Shown piece after piece: positions 18,510 to 28,033 of a stretch of 64,000 bases of DNA. The DNA comes from an uncultured delta proteobacterium (GTDB taxonomy: Bacteria > Desulfobacterota > Binatia > DP-6): the NCBI GenBank assembly GCA_963815115.1, contig CAWFFN010000005.1, forward strand, positions 512,001 to 576,000, written 5' to 3'. A program made the position numbers and the translations under genes. The notes under the pieces are model-generated. The model did not search any database. It was not told where the DNA came from and saw only the letters and a list, made by a program, of their open reading frames with translations. The first letter of the stretch is position 1, and every line of letters starts with the position of its first letter.

Positions 18510-19397
18510 TCAGCGCCGCAAGAGGAAGCGGAACCGGCTGAGCTTTCCCGACGTCGTCAGGTCGGCGTTCAGCGGAGTCACGCTCGCAAAGCCGTTCACC
18601 ATCGCCTCGACGTCGGTCGTCGGGCTCGCGAGCGTCGACGAGCAATCGCTCCCGAGCACGTTGAGCGGCGGGATGGTCGGCGCGAACGTCTGCGTGGCTC
18701 CCATCGAGCCGGTGAGGGTGTAGCCCGTCACCCGGCTCGCACGGCCGAGCGGCACCAGTCGGATGCCACGAGTGGCCCCGGCGGTGCAGGTCGGGAAGTT
18801 GACGTTCACCACCAGCGCCTGACGGAGACCGAAGCGCGTGGTGAGCTTGGCGCGGAACCCGCGGCTCACGCGGAAGCGTTCCACCAGCCGTCCCACGTAG
18901 CGTGCGGCCTCGCCGTAGGAGATGCTGGCACCGATCCCCTGGCTCACGGCGATGGCGGGGATGCCGAGACGCGCCGCGGTCAGCCCGGCCCCGACGGTGC
19001 CCGAGAGGGTCACCAGGTCGCCGATGTTCTGACCGAAGTTGATGCCGGAGACGACCAGATCGGGACGCGGCGACAGTGCCTGGAGCACGCCGAACAGCAC
19101 GGTGTCGGCCGGGAATCCGGCGATCGCGGTGGCGGGGAAGGCACCCGCCGTCGACGACGGTGTCGCCGTGATCGCGGTCGTGGTGAACCTGTCGCCGGTC
19201 CCGCTCTGGTTCGTCGCCGGCGCGATGACGGTCACCACGAGATTCGGGTTCGCGACGAGCTCGCGAACCAGCGCATCGATGCCGGGCGCCTTCACGCCGT
19301 CGTCGTTGGTCACGAGAACGCGCAGCGGCCCGGGGGCGGCCGCGGCGAGGCTGGCGCACAGCGCGACGAGGGCGAATGCACTGGCACGAATTCGCAT
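18510..19397 (-). CDS. surE: SurE family 5'/3'-nucleotidase with signal peptide
   Basis: LVTNDDG, NQSGTG, GFPAD, VVSGINFGQN, SGTVGA, VNVNFP. Confidence 0.88.
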   Translation of the reverse strand: MRIRASAFALVALCASLAAAAPGPLRVLVTNDDGVKAPGIDALVRELVANPNLVVTVIAPATNQSGTGDRFTTTAITATPSSTAGAFPATAIAGFPADTVLFGVLQALSPRPDLVVSGINFGQNIGDLVTLSGTVGAGLTAARLGIPAIAVSQGIGASISYGEAARYVGRLVERFRVSRGFRAKLTTRFGLRQALVVNVNFPTCTAGATRGIRLVPLGRASRVTGYTLTGSMGATQTFAPTIPPLNVLGSDCSSTLASPTTDVEAMVNGFASVTPLNADLTTSGKLSRFRFLLRR

Positions 19398-19645
19398 GCC
19401 ACCGTTCTCCCGTATCCGGGTCCCCGCGTGCAACGAGGACGAACGCAAGAGACGAGGTCGGCGAGGAAGCGGTCGTGGGCCACCCGAGGATTCGGGGGGT
19501 TGCACCACCTGCCGACCTCGGCATCGACCTCTCCCGGCTGTCACGTTCAAGGTCGGTGGTTCCACGGCGAAAATGGGATGTGCTAAGCCGTTGAGCATCG
19601 ATGCGTGAACACGGGAGCCAGGTCGCAGGCGGAAGGGATGATCTC

Positions 19646-19724
19646 ATGGACAATCACGCCGACGTCGAGCAGGCGGTGCGCCGCCGCTACAGCGCGGGAG
19701 CCCGGGACCCGGAGAATGCGCTGA
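19646..19724 (+). pseudogene. N-terminal stub resembling ArsM-like SAM methyltransferases
   Basis: RBS then MDNHADVEQAVRRRYSAGARDPENAL; stops just before the expected CCP motif. Confidence 0.35.
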
Positions 19725-19725
19725 G

Positions 19726-22700
19726 TCAACTGGCGCAGCCCGTCGTGGCATCCTCCGGCTTCGGGTCGTCGCCGTCGAGGCAGCCGTCCTCGTCCCGGTC
19801 GATGCCCAGTCGGACGCCCGAACCGGGTGGCACGCACGTCCACGTGCGTTCCTGGCCCCTGAGCCCGGCCTGCGCGCGTAGCTCGCCGTCGGTCACCTCG
19901 GGCTCGGCCTTGCGATCGCTGCGCAGGCGTCCGTCGGGCAGACGCAGCCACCCGCGCGGCACCCCGTCCAGGATGCCGTGGATCACCACGTCGCAGGCGG
20001 GCACCGGCGACGCGGCGGCCGCCAGCAGGAGATCGATGCGTGGACCTGCGGCTGCGGTGTTCGTCGCTGCGAGGGTCACCTGCTGCCCGACGATCGGAGC
20101 CAGGTTCGAATCGAACGCCAAGACGAACGCCTCCACGTCGCGGGCCTGCTGGGACGACAGGCTGAACACGGTCGTGCTCAGGAAGCGCTCGACCGTATCG
20201 ATGCTGCCATCGTGCAGGAACCCGAAGCCGCGCACCTGCTCGCCCATGAAGGCGCCGTCGGCAGCGCGGATCGTCGGGACCGCCGGCATGCCGAACATCC
20301 CGACCTTCTGGTACGCGTTGCGCAGATGCGGGATCTTGAAGCTCTGCGGCTCGCGATCGAACGAGCTGTCGCCGTCCGTCCCGAAGAACCCTGCGGCGCG
20401 CTCGAGCACGTGACACCCGTTGCAGGTCCGCACGCCGTCGCTGATCAGGTCCTGGTAGACACGGCGACCGTTCGCCTGGGCCGGCGTCAGCGTGTCATCC
20501 AGGTTGCGAATGGGATTGGGCGGATAGGTGATCTGGAGCGCGAACTCGGCGAACGCGTGCATCTCCTCCGCGCTGAGCGGGACGCTTCTCCCCAGCAGAC
20601 TGACGAACGCTCCATTGAATTGCTCGAAAGCCGCGAGCTCGTCGTGCGGGGTCGGGCCGAAGCGGTCGCCGCGCCAGTGGAGCGGGCCGTGGTTCGCCAT
20701 GCCGCGCAGGCTCTGCGTGCTCATGGGTCCCTTCATGGGCCGGAACGCGGTGTCTCCACCCGGGTCGACGACCTCGAACGGGTTGGGATTCTGCACCACG
20801 ACACCGTCGGGATTCCCCAGGTTCCAGGCCAGCCCGTCGAGGTCGCCGAACACGTGGCAGGCCGCGCACGACGCCTCGCCGTTGTCCGAGGTCTCGACGG
20901 CGTCGTAGAGAAATCGTCGGCCGGTCACCACCGACGGCGGCTCGGGATCGGGGAGCAGACGATGCGCGATCTCGCGCCTGGCCGCCGTGTCGATCACGGA
21001 GACGGCATCGTCGAAGCGGGTGAGTACGTAGAGTCGGTCTCCCCGCAGCACCACCCCGCTCGGGCCGCCGCCGCTCAGCGCGACGTGATCCGCCGCATCC
21101 GGCGTGAAGGCGCCGTCCTCCAGCCGGGCGACGTCGATGCGAGCGACCGTGCCGGAACCGAATGCCGCTACCCAGAGCACGACGCCGTCGGTCGCCATGC
21201 CGAGCGGCGTCGCCAGGCTGCGGGCCTTGTCGGCGGGTGATGCGGGGACGTCGTACGGCTCGAGATGAGGATTCAGGTGACGGGGCGTGACCGCGTCGCC
21301 GTCGATCACGGTGACGCGCGCTTCGTGCAGATGTCCTCGCACCGTCGAGGAGGTGCAGGAAATGGATCGATCGCCCTCGAACTGCGTCAGATTGTTGGCC
21401 TCCGTGTTGCTCGCGTAGAGCCGTCCCGTCGTCGGATTCACCACGAGATCGAAGATGACGGTTCCGACGCCCGACCACGCGCGGCGCACGAACGGCGTGG
21501 CCGCCCTCGTGTCGATCGCGAACACATCCCGGTCCGGGAGCGTGAAACGCACGGCGTTCCGCCAATCACGTCCGACCGGGTCGAGCCACGCTCCGCTGGC
21601 GGAGTCGTACTGGACGATGAGACCGGTCTCCGGCTCGGTCGCGCCAAGACAGTCGGCGGGGCTCGGAGGGGGCAATCCGCCAGGCACGAGGGCGGCCCCC
21701 GCCAGACAGGGGCGCGCCTGGCTTCCGCCGTCGCAGACCACCCCCTCGTGCGCCGTCGTGGTCCGGTTTCCGGAGCGCAGCACGGCCGCATAGACCGTCT
21801 CGCCGCCCGGCGATACCGCAAGTGCGCGCGGCGTGTCCCCGAAGAGCTCGACGACGGCGGCCGGGGTGCCACCGATCGAGGCGTCGGCCGCGGTCGCGTC
21901 GAACACCTGCACCAGCGCGCGCGGGATTCCGGGAGTCGTGAGCGCCGGATCGATCGGCCGGCCGTCGGGAGCGATACAGTTCTGCCCCCGGCGCGCCGTG
22001 GTGACGAATGCCCGACCACCCGCGAAGACGATGTCCCGCGGCTCGTCGCAGGTGAGGATGGTACGCACCACGTGGGGCGTCCCGACGAGATCGACGACGC
22101 TGATGCTGTCCGAGACGTGGTTCACCACCCAGACCTCGCTGTCGGTGCGCGCGGCGACGGCCACCGGCTCGAGGCCGACCGGGACCGAGCCCTCGGGCTC
22201 GAGGTCGCCCGACTCGCTCACCGCGAACATCTCGAGGCGTCCGGCGGGCGTGTTCACGGCGAAGAGGCGCCTGCCATCGGGGGACAGCGCGAGTGGTCGG
22301 ACCTGCTCGCTCTCGAACGTCACGAATGACGTCCGGGGGCTCGTCTCCGGGCAGACCGCGCGTTCCCCGGGTCCCATTGCAAACCGGATCGCGCTGTTCA
22401 CGCGGATCGCCCCTCCTGCCGCGCCGCCGAAGCCGACGCAGTATGGATCTCCCGGCGGGAGCGTCACGAAGAGCCCGGCCGCGGTGCCGGGATCGGGTGG
22501 CCGGAGCGTGACCGCCGAGCCACCCATGCGCAGGTCGAGGCGCGTCACGTGTGGACCGCGCGTCAGGCGGAAGAATGCGACCGGGCCGAGCCCGTGCCGA
22601 GGGTCGCGATAGACGAACGACCCGTGTCCCGGGTCCGCCCGTCGCCGGTGCACCTGCCAGCCCGCTGACCCATTCACGCTGCGGAGCCCGGGCAACACAA

Positions 22701-22944
22701 AGGTCTGCCGGTCCGTGCTGCTGCCGCTGACGGCGACCGTGAGCGTCGCCCCGAGCCGGATCGGATCGCCCGACAGCACCAGGGTCGGAGTGCGATCCCG
22801 GGCGCGGAGATGAATTCTTGCGCGCCCTGGTACTCCCGCGCGGACCTCGAAGCCGACCACGAGCCCGCGGATCGGTTGCTCGGCGCCGCTGGCGGCCGCC
22901 GCCAGGAGGGCGACCGCCAGCGCCACGGTGCGAACGACGTGCAT
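19726..22944 (-). CDS. Secreted YVTN beta-propeller / di-heme cytochrome c peroxidase-like protein
   Basis: Signal peptide, LALSPDG and VWVVNHVSDSISVVD blades, CAACH and CNGCH, TQSLRG, FKIPHLRN, GFLHDG, DRDEDG tail. Confidence 0.85.
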   Translation of the reverse strand: MHVVRTVALAVALLAAAASGAEQPIRGLVVGFEVRAGVPGRARIHLRARDRTPTLVLSGDPIRLGATLTVAVSGSSTDRQTFVLPGLRSVNGSAGWQVHRRRADPGHGSFVYRDPRHGLGPVAFFRLTRGPHVTRLDLRMGGSAVTLRPPDPGTAAGLFVTLPPGDPYCVGFGGAAGGAIRVNSAIRFAMGPGERAVCPETSPRTSFVTFESEQVRPLALSPDGRRLFAVNTPAGRLEMFAVSESGDLEPEGSVPVGLEPVAVAARTDSEVWVVNHVSDSISVVDLVGTPHVVRTILTCDEPRDIVFAGGRAFVTTARRGQNCIAPDGRPIDPALTTPGIPRALVQVFDATAADASIGGTPAAVVELFGDTPRALAVSPGGETVYAAVLRSGNRTTTAHEGVVCDGGSQARPCLAGAALVPGGLPPPSPADCLGATEPETGLIVQYDSASGAWLDPVGRDWRNAVRFTLPDRDVFAIDTRAATPFVRRAWSGVGTVIFDLVVNPTTGRLYASNTEANNLTQFEGDRSISCTSSTVRGHLHEARVTVIDGDAVTPRHLNPHLEPYDVPASPADKARSLATPLGMATDGVVLWVAAFGSGTVARIDVARLEDGAFTPDAADHVALSGGGPSGVVLRGDRLYVLTRFDDAVSVIDTAARREIAHRLLPDPEPPSVVTGRRFLYDAVETSDNGEASCAACHVFGDLDGLAWNLGNPDGVVVQNPNPFEVVDPGGDTAFRPMKGPMSTQSLRGMANHGPLHWRGDRFGPTPHDELAAFEQFNGAFVSLLGRSVPLSAEEMHAFAEFALQITYPPNPIRNLDDTLTPAQANGRRVYQDLISDGVRTCNGCHVLERAAGFFGTDGDSSFDREPQSFKIPHLRNAYQKVGMFGMPAVPTIRAADGAFMGEQVRGFGFLHDGSIDTVERFLSTTVFSLSSQQARDVEAFVLAFDSNLAPIVGQQVTLAATNTAAAGPRIDLLLAAAASPVPACDVVIHGILDGVPRGWLRLPDGRLRSDRKAEPEVTDGELRAQAGLRGQERTWTCVPPGSGVRLGIDRDEDGCLDGDDPKPEDATTGCAS

Positions 22945-22956
22945 CGACGATGCCGT

Positions 22957-24216
22957 TCACGGCGCGTACGCCGTGCACGAGATCCCGGTCGCCCCGGATG
23001 TGCCGACGGCCCGGGTATCGAGTCGCGCTCCCGTCGCCGTGTCGAAGACGTGAATCCTTTCGGGCGGACCATGGCCGGTCACGGTACCGGAGGGTCCTGG
23101 CGCGGTTGGCACGTAGCCGATCGGCGGCAGGCTGCTCTGGTCATCCGTCAGGACGAGCAGGCGGCCTCCATCGATCGCCGACATCCCTCGAATCGGCCCG
23201 CTGAAGTCCTCCAGCGTGACCGACGGCAGGGCGATTCCGGTGCGTGTGTCGACCACGCAGATCTGCGGCTCCGGCGTGCAGGCGTCATCCGAGGGTCGGC
23301 ATCCCGCGGCGTACAGCACTCCGTCGAACGCTGCCAGGTGGTTGAAGGCGACGCCGGCGCAGGGAGAGTCTGCCGGGAGCGTCGCCGGATCGAACACGAC
23401 GCGGGACGACCTGGCAGGAATGTTCTCCGGGACATCATAGGCCCGGATCGGTATCAGATCGGGCCGACCGGTCCCCTCGGTCGCGACGTGGGGGAACCGG
23501 AGGGTGTGAGGGACCGTGTCGAAGTTTGCGGCCGGGAGCACGTAGAGGCTCTGGCCATCGGTCGTCACAGCGGTGCACGGTCCCGCGACGATCCGCGAGT
23601 CTCCGCCTTCTGCGGGCGTTGCGACGAAGGCGCCCCCCGTGCTGCCGCCCGGACAGGAGTAGGCCACGCCGTTCCAGACCGCGAGATTCTCGCTCACCAG
23701 CTCGGGCTTCTGCTGGTCCGCGTCGTCGGGGCACACGGCGCCGCTGTCGAGCCCGAGGACACGGATGCGCGAGCCGCCGCCGACGAAGCAGGAGACCGAT
23801 TCGGCCTCGACCGCCTCGCAACCCGCCAGCGCGACGCGCGCCTTGCACCGCAGCGCGAGTCGAGCATGGCCCGCTGCGCCCGCCGCCCCGCGGACCCGCG
23901 CTCGCAGCACGCGCCGGTGCGCGTGAGGCTTCAGAGTCAGTCGCTCCCAGGCTTCACCCCATCCGGCGGCCGCTCGCCCCGAAGGCATACCGCGAACGAC
24001 CCTCCGCCCGGCGGTGCAACGGTCCGGATCGGCGACCCGCAGGCGCACGTCGAAGGTGCAGCCGGGGCCCTCCGCCGTCCTGGTTGCGCGAGTGACCGCG
24101 AGGGGCGCGCCATCGGCGCCGGCCACCTCGAAACGACACTGACAGGCGCTGCCGCCTTCGGCGCGCGGTGCGATCACCGCCATCCCGAGAACGATTCCCC
24201 AAGCCAGTGCGCGCAT
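22957..24216 (-). CDS. Secreted hypothetical protein, probable beta-propeller
   Basis: GGAGG RBS, signal peptide, VTTDGQSLYV and IHVFDTATG blade-like strands. Confidence 0.7.
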   Translation of the reverse strand: MRALAWGIVLGMAVIAPRAEGGSACQCRFEVAGADGAPLAVTRATRTAEGPGCTFDVRLRVADPDRCTAGRRVVRGMPSGRAAAGWGEAWERLTLKPHAHRRVLRARVRGAAGAAGHARLALRCKARVALAGCEAVEAESVSCFVGGGSRIRVLGLDSGAVCPDDADQQKPELVSENLAVWNGVAYSCPGGSTGGAFVATPAEGGDSRIVAGPCTAVTTDGQSLYVLPAANFDTVPHTLRFPHVATEGTGRPDLIPIRAYDVPENIPARSSRVVFDPATLPADSPCAGVAFNHLAAFDGVLYAAGCRPSDDACTPEPQICVVDTRTGIALPSVTLEDFSGPIRGMSAIDGGRLLVLTDDQSSLPPIGYVPTAPGPSGTVTGHGPPERIHVFDTATGARLDTRAVGTSGATGISCTAYAP

Positions 24217-24510
24217 GGTCCACCTCCGATGGGTTGGTAGCTTGCCTCGTCACCATTCCCCTAGAGGGTGGCCCGACGTCCGCACAGCGGCGCGCGTGCC
24301 GAATGGAACTCACCGTGACCCGGAGAGCGTGCCGAACGTCACGCGCGCCGCGCGATTCCCCCGAGCGGGGGATACGCGAAGCCCGGCTGCACCGACGGTG
24401 CCGGCTGGCTCGGGGCCGAAAGGCCGATTCCAGGTGATTCGGCCTCCGGAAGGCGTCGTTCGCCGACACCTCTCGGAAGCCCGGACCTCGGGGTGCAGGA
24501 TCGCGCCAGC

Positions 24511-25539
24511 CTAGAGCACGGTCTCGGCCAGGAAGCGCAGCGTCTCCGCCTTCGGCGTCGCGCAGTTGAGCGTACCCACGGGCGACTCGCGCCACGCCGC
24601 CAGGCGATCGCGGATGCGCTCCTTCGGACCGACCAGCGAGACCTCGTCGGCCAGCTCGTCGGGCACCGCGGCCATCGCCTCGTCCTTGCGTCCCGCCAGA
24701 TAGAGGTCCTGGATCTTCCTGGCGGCTTCCTCGAAGCCGTAGCGGCACGCGAGGTCGTTGTAGAAGTTCTTGCCGCGGGCGCCCATGCCGCCGATGTAGA
24801 GCGCGAGCTGCGGCTTCATCATGCGGAGTGCGGCCGGCACGTCGTCGGTCACGATGACGGACGCCGAGACCGCGATGTCGAAGCTGGCCAGGCTCTTCCC
24901 GCCCCCCGCCCGGCGGAAGCCCTCGTCGAGCGACGCCTGGTACGTCTTCGGGGCGCGGTAGGGCGAGTAGAAGATCGGCAGCCAGCCGTCGGCGATCTCG
25001 GCGCACTGCGCGACGCTCTTCGGGCCGATGGCCGCCAGGTAGATCGGGATCTGCCGGCCGTGCACGATGCTCTTGAGGGGCTTGCCGAGGCCCGAGGCGT
25101 CGGGGCCGCGATAGGGAATCTGGTAGTGCGGGCCCTGGTGCTCGAGCGGCCGCTCCCGCGCCCAGATGGCGCGCAGGATCTCGACGTACTCGCGCGTGCG
25201 GCCGAGCGGCTTGCCGTACGGCACCCCGTGCCATCCCTCGACGACCTGGGGTCCGGACACGCCGAGCCCGAGGAGCATGCGGCCGCCGGAGAGCTGATCG
25301 AGCGTGGTGGCCGTCATCGCCGTCATAGCGGGCGTGCGCGCCGGCATCTGCATGATGCCGGAACCGAGGTGAATGCGCTCGGTCTGGCCGGCGATGAACG
25401 CGAGCGGGGTGACCGCGTCCGAGCCGTACGCCTCGGCGGTCCACACCACGTGAAACCCGAGGCGGTCGGCCTCGCGGATGAGCGCCATGTCGAGCGAGAC
25501 GCGGGAGCCCGAATAGCCGACGGGAAGGCCGAGTCGCAT
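24511..25539 (-). CDS. LLM class F420-dependent oxidoreductase (Rv3520c-like)
   Basis: [42 protein letters not shown]. Confidence 0.92.
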   Translation of the reverse strand: MRLGLPVGYSGSRVSLDMALIREADRLGFHVVWTAEAYGSDAVTPLAFIAGQTERIHLGSGIMQMPARTPAMTAMTATTLDQLSGGRMLLGLGVSGPQVVEGWHGVPYGKPLGRTREYVEILRAIWARERPLEHQGPHYQIPYRGPDASGLGKPLKSIVHGRQIPIYLAAIGPKSVAQCAEIADGWLPIFYSPYRAPKTYQASLDEGFRRAGGGKSLASFDIAVSASVIVTDDVPAALRMMKPQLALYIGGMGARGKNFYNDLACRYGFEEAARKIQDLYLAGRKDEAMAAVPDELADEVSLVGPKERIRDRLAAWRESPVGTLNCATPKAETLRFLAETVL

Positions 25540-25548
25540 CGCGGTCGT

Positions 25549-26475
25549 CTACGTTTGCGCTCCGCCGTCTGTCAACCACGGCGGGATGCCGGTCTTGTCC
25601 TCGACGACGTCGTGGAAGCGCGACAGGTCGACCCGCCGCCGGCCGTCGGGCAGGCGGGAGATGACGTCGGCGAAGCGTCCGCCCCAGGTGATCTCGTCGG
25701 GAATGTACGAGTAGCGAGCGTGCACCGTCTGGGACAGGCTCTCGTCGATCCCGACGAGGGAGGCGATGACCTCCGCTTCGCTGGAGCCGAGCGATTCCGG
25801 CGTCGCGCCGTAGAGCGGGCTCGAGTCGTTGATGAAGTGGATCGCCGTCCAGGTGAGGGCGAAGATCGGGTTGCGCTGGCGCGAGAGCTCGAGATCGTAG
25901 AAGCGCCGCACCCCTTCGCCCTCGAGGGTCGTCTCCGAGCGAGCCAGCAGGACGGTCGCCTGCGCGTCGACGATCTGGGTGGCGCGGGCATTGGCCATCC
26001 GGAACAGCAGGCAGGGCATCCCGTCCCGCCTGGTGATGAGGGCGCGCTGGCTGAAGAGCACGCGCGCGGTGGGCCGGGAGAACTTCGAGAAGATGATGCC
26101 CGTGATCATGGCGAGACCGAGGATGCCGGTGCTGGTCTCGAGGACGACGAGGACGTTCGCGTACCGCGTGTGCGGGACGAGCGTTCCGTAGCCGATGGTG
26201 GCCATGGTCTGGACGCTGAAGAAGAAGGCGTCCTCGAAGGAGCCGGTGCGGGCGTGTCTGATGCTGTGAGGCTGGAGCAGGTAGGCGCAGGCGAAGAGCC
26301 CGTTCGCGACGAGGTAGAGGCCGAAGAGGATCAGGAGGAGCCGCGGCCACGAGCTCTCGACCAGATAGTGATACGCATCGCGCTGGATCCGGCCGTATCC
26401 TTCGCGCACGATGCTCTCCTCGCCGACGCGGCTGACGATGCGGCTGGCGAGGGCCGGTTCGGGCGTGGCACTCAC
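25549..26475 (-). CDS. Inward-rectifier potassium channel (KirBac)
   Basis: DAFFFSVQTMATIGYG filter, FSKFSRPTARVLFS, LLFRMANAR; GTG overlaps upstream stop. Confidence 0.92.
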   Translation of the reverse strand: MSATPEPALASRIVSRVGEESIVREGYGRIQRDAYHYLVESSWPRLLLILFGLYLVANGLFACAYLLQPHSIRHARTGSFEDAFFFSVQTMATIGYGTLVPHTRYANVLVVLETSTGILGLAMITGIIFSKFSRPTARVLFSQRALITRRDGMPCLLFRMANARATQIVDAQATVLLARSETTLEGEGVRRFYDLELSRQRNPIFALTWTAIHFINDSSPLYGATPESLGSSEAEVIASLVGIDESLSQTVHARYSYIPDEITWGGRFADVISRLPDGRRRVDLSRFHDVVEDKTGIPPWLTDGGAQT

Positions 26476-27569
26476 GGCGCGGGATCGAGGATCGAGGTGA
26501 AGCCCGACGGTGCATGGGGCCCGATCACGAGCTGCTCGAGCACGCCGAGCCCCTCCTCGGCGCCCAGGCGCGCGCGGCAGAGCTGCTGGACGTGCAGGTG
26601 GCGCGGATCCATGGGATCGAGATCGGCGAGGGTCCACGTGACGCCGTCGACCACCTCGGATCCCTTCCACTGGCCATGGCCCCACTCGGGATCGAGATAG
26701 CCGAGGCCGCGCATCTGGAAGGTGAGGATGGGCTCGAGCGCGACGACCAAGGGGGATCGGCCATGCGGGGTGAGCGTGATCTCCGCGGCGCTCGCGCGCC
26801 GGGTGCCCGGTCGCCAGCGCACGCGGTGGTCGACCGCCGCCATCGCCTCCGGGGCGCGCTCGTCGAGGCGGCCCGCGGGGGCGACGCTGCCGCTGGCGTG
26901 CCACCGCCGCCCCTCGGCGTCCTCGTTGACGGCGAAGTGCGTGCAGCGGTCGTCGAGGTGGATCGGCGCCCACAGCCAGAAGAACTGGGGCGGCATCCCG
27001 GGCGCGCCGCCCTCGGGCTCCCCGACGGGGCGCACGCCCCACGAGCGGTCACGCGTTCCGGGCGTGCGGTCGGGGGAGACCGAGATCTCCCGGTCGCCGA
27101 CGCGGATGTACCCCTCCCAGAAGCCGAACTGGGTGAGGCGGGTGACGTCCATGAGCAGTCGCCCCTCGGGCCGGTAGGTGAAGCGCGGCTCCTCGATCGC
27201 TCCGGTGCGGGCGTAGAAGGCGAGGTCGGCCGAGAGCCCGAAGTCGTTGTCGCTCACCCGGAGATGGAGCGCGCGCAGCGGCTCGAGCACCTCGACGAAG
27301 ATGGGCCCGACGCGTGTTTCGCGGCGATCCGCCGGCGCCAGGCGCGACGCCCGCACGACGTGCTGCTGGCCGTCGCATACCACGCTGAAGGCCGCGTCCA
27401 TCACGCGGCGGTTCGGGTAGACGCCGAGCGCGGCAGCGAAGAAGAGATCGCCCGCGCGGGAGTAGCCGTTGAAGAAGTAGCGGTCGTAGAAGTTGCGATC
27501 GCCGGTGCCCGGGTGGGCGACCGGCTCGGGGGTCTGGTGGACCGGGTAGTCGTCGTAGCTGGTCAGCAT
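26472..27569 (-). CDS. Conserved hypothetical (tocopherol-cyclase-like beta barrel)
   Basis: DDYPVHQTPEP, NFYDRYFFN, GTRDRSWGVRPVGE, GLGY..WGHG. Confidence 0.75.
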   Translation of the reverse strand: MLTSYDDYPVHQTPEPVAHPGTGDRNFYDRYFFNGYSRAGDLFFAAALGVYPNRRVMDAAFSVVCDGQQHVVRASRLAPADRRETRVGPIFVEVLEPLRALHLRVSDNDFGLSADLAFYARTGAIEEPRFTYRPEGRLLMDVTRLTQFGFWEGYIRVGDREISVSPDRTPGTRDRSWGVRPVGEPEGGAPGMPPQFFWLWAPIHLDDRCTHFAVNEDAEGRRWHASGSVAPAGRLDERAPEAMAAVDHRVRWRPGTRRASAAEITLTPHGRSPLVVALEPILTFQMRGLGYLDPEWGHGQWKGSEVVDGVTWTLADLDPMDPRHLHVQQLCRARLGAEEGLGVLEQLVIGPHAPSGFTSILDPAP

Positions 27570-27571
27570 GG

Positions 27572-28033
27572 TCAGCCCTTCGATATCTCCTCGAGCAGCG
27601 ACGGCTTCAGCACCGCGACGTCACGCATGGCCTGCGCGGCGAGGTGCTCGCCGAGCGCGGCACGGGCCGGCGCGGCCTCGTCGTCCGGCAGATGCGCGAG
27701 CATCTCGTACGCGCGCGTCACGATCGCCCGCAGCACGGCGGCCCGGGCACCCGCGGGAGCGGCCGGCGCTTCCGCGACCGCGCGGATCAGCTCGGTGCGA
27801 TACCGGGCGGGAAGCGCCTGGGCGGCCCGTTCGAGCGCGGCGGCCGCCGAGGCCGCCTCGGCCTCCGCCAGCTCGGCCTTCGGCTCCACCCGGTCGCGCA
27901 GGTTCTGGAGGACGTCGAGGACGGCGAACAGCTGGCCGCGTGCGAAGCGCCCGCCGACTCCGGGCAGCACCGCCTCGCGCAGGGTTCGCATCACGCCGTC
28001 GAGCAGCGTCTCGACCGTGAGCTGCATGCTCAC
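27572..28033 (-). CDS. Helical hypothetical protein
   Basis: Translationally coupled between APH and downstream gene. Confidence 0.7.
   Translation of the reverse strand: MSMQLTVETLLDGVMRTLREAVLPGVGGRFARGQLFAVLDVLQNLRDRVEPKAELAEAEAASAAAALERAAQALPARYRTELIRAVAEAPAAPAGARAAVLRAIVTRAYEMLAHLPDDEAAPARAALGEHLAAQAMRDVAVLKPSLLEEISKG

Noticed and set aside
19454-19519. GAGGTCGGC...GCCGACCTC inverted repeat as a riboswitch
   Set aside because: Only a 9-bp GC-rich stem with a long loop; no conserved riboswitch motif recognised
24217-24510. GCGTGCCGAA direct repeat as sigma-54 promoters
   Set aside because: No TTGC -12 element at the correct spacing
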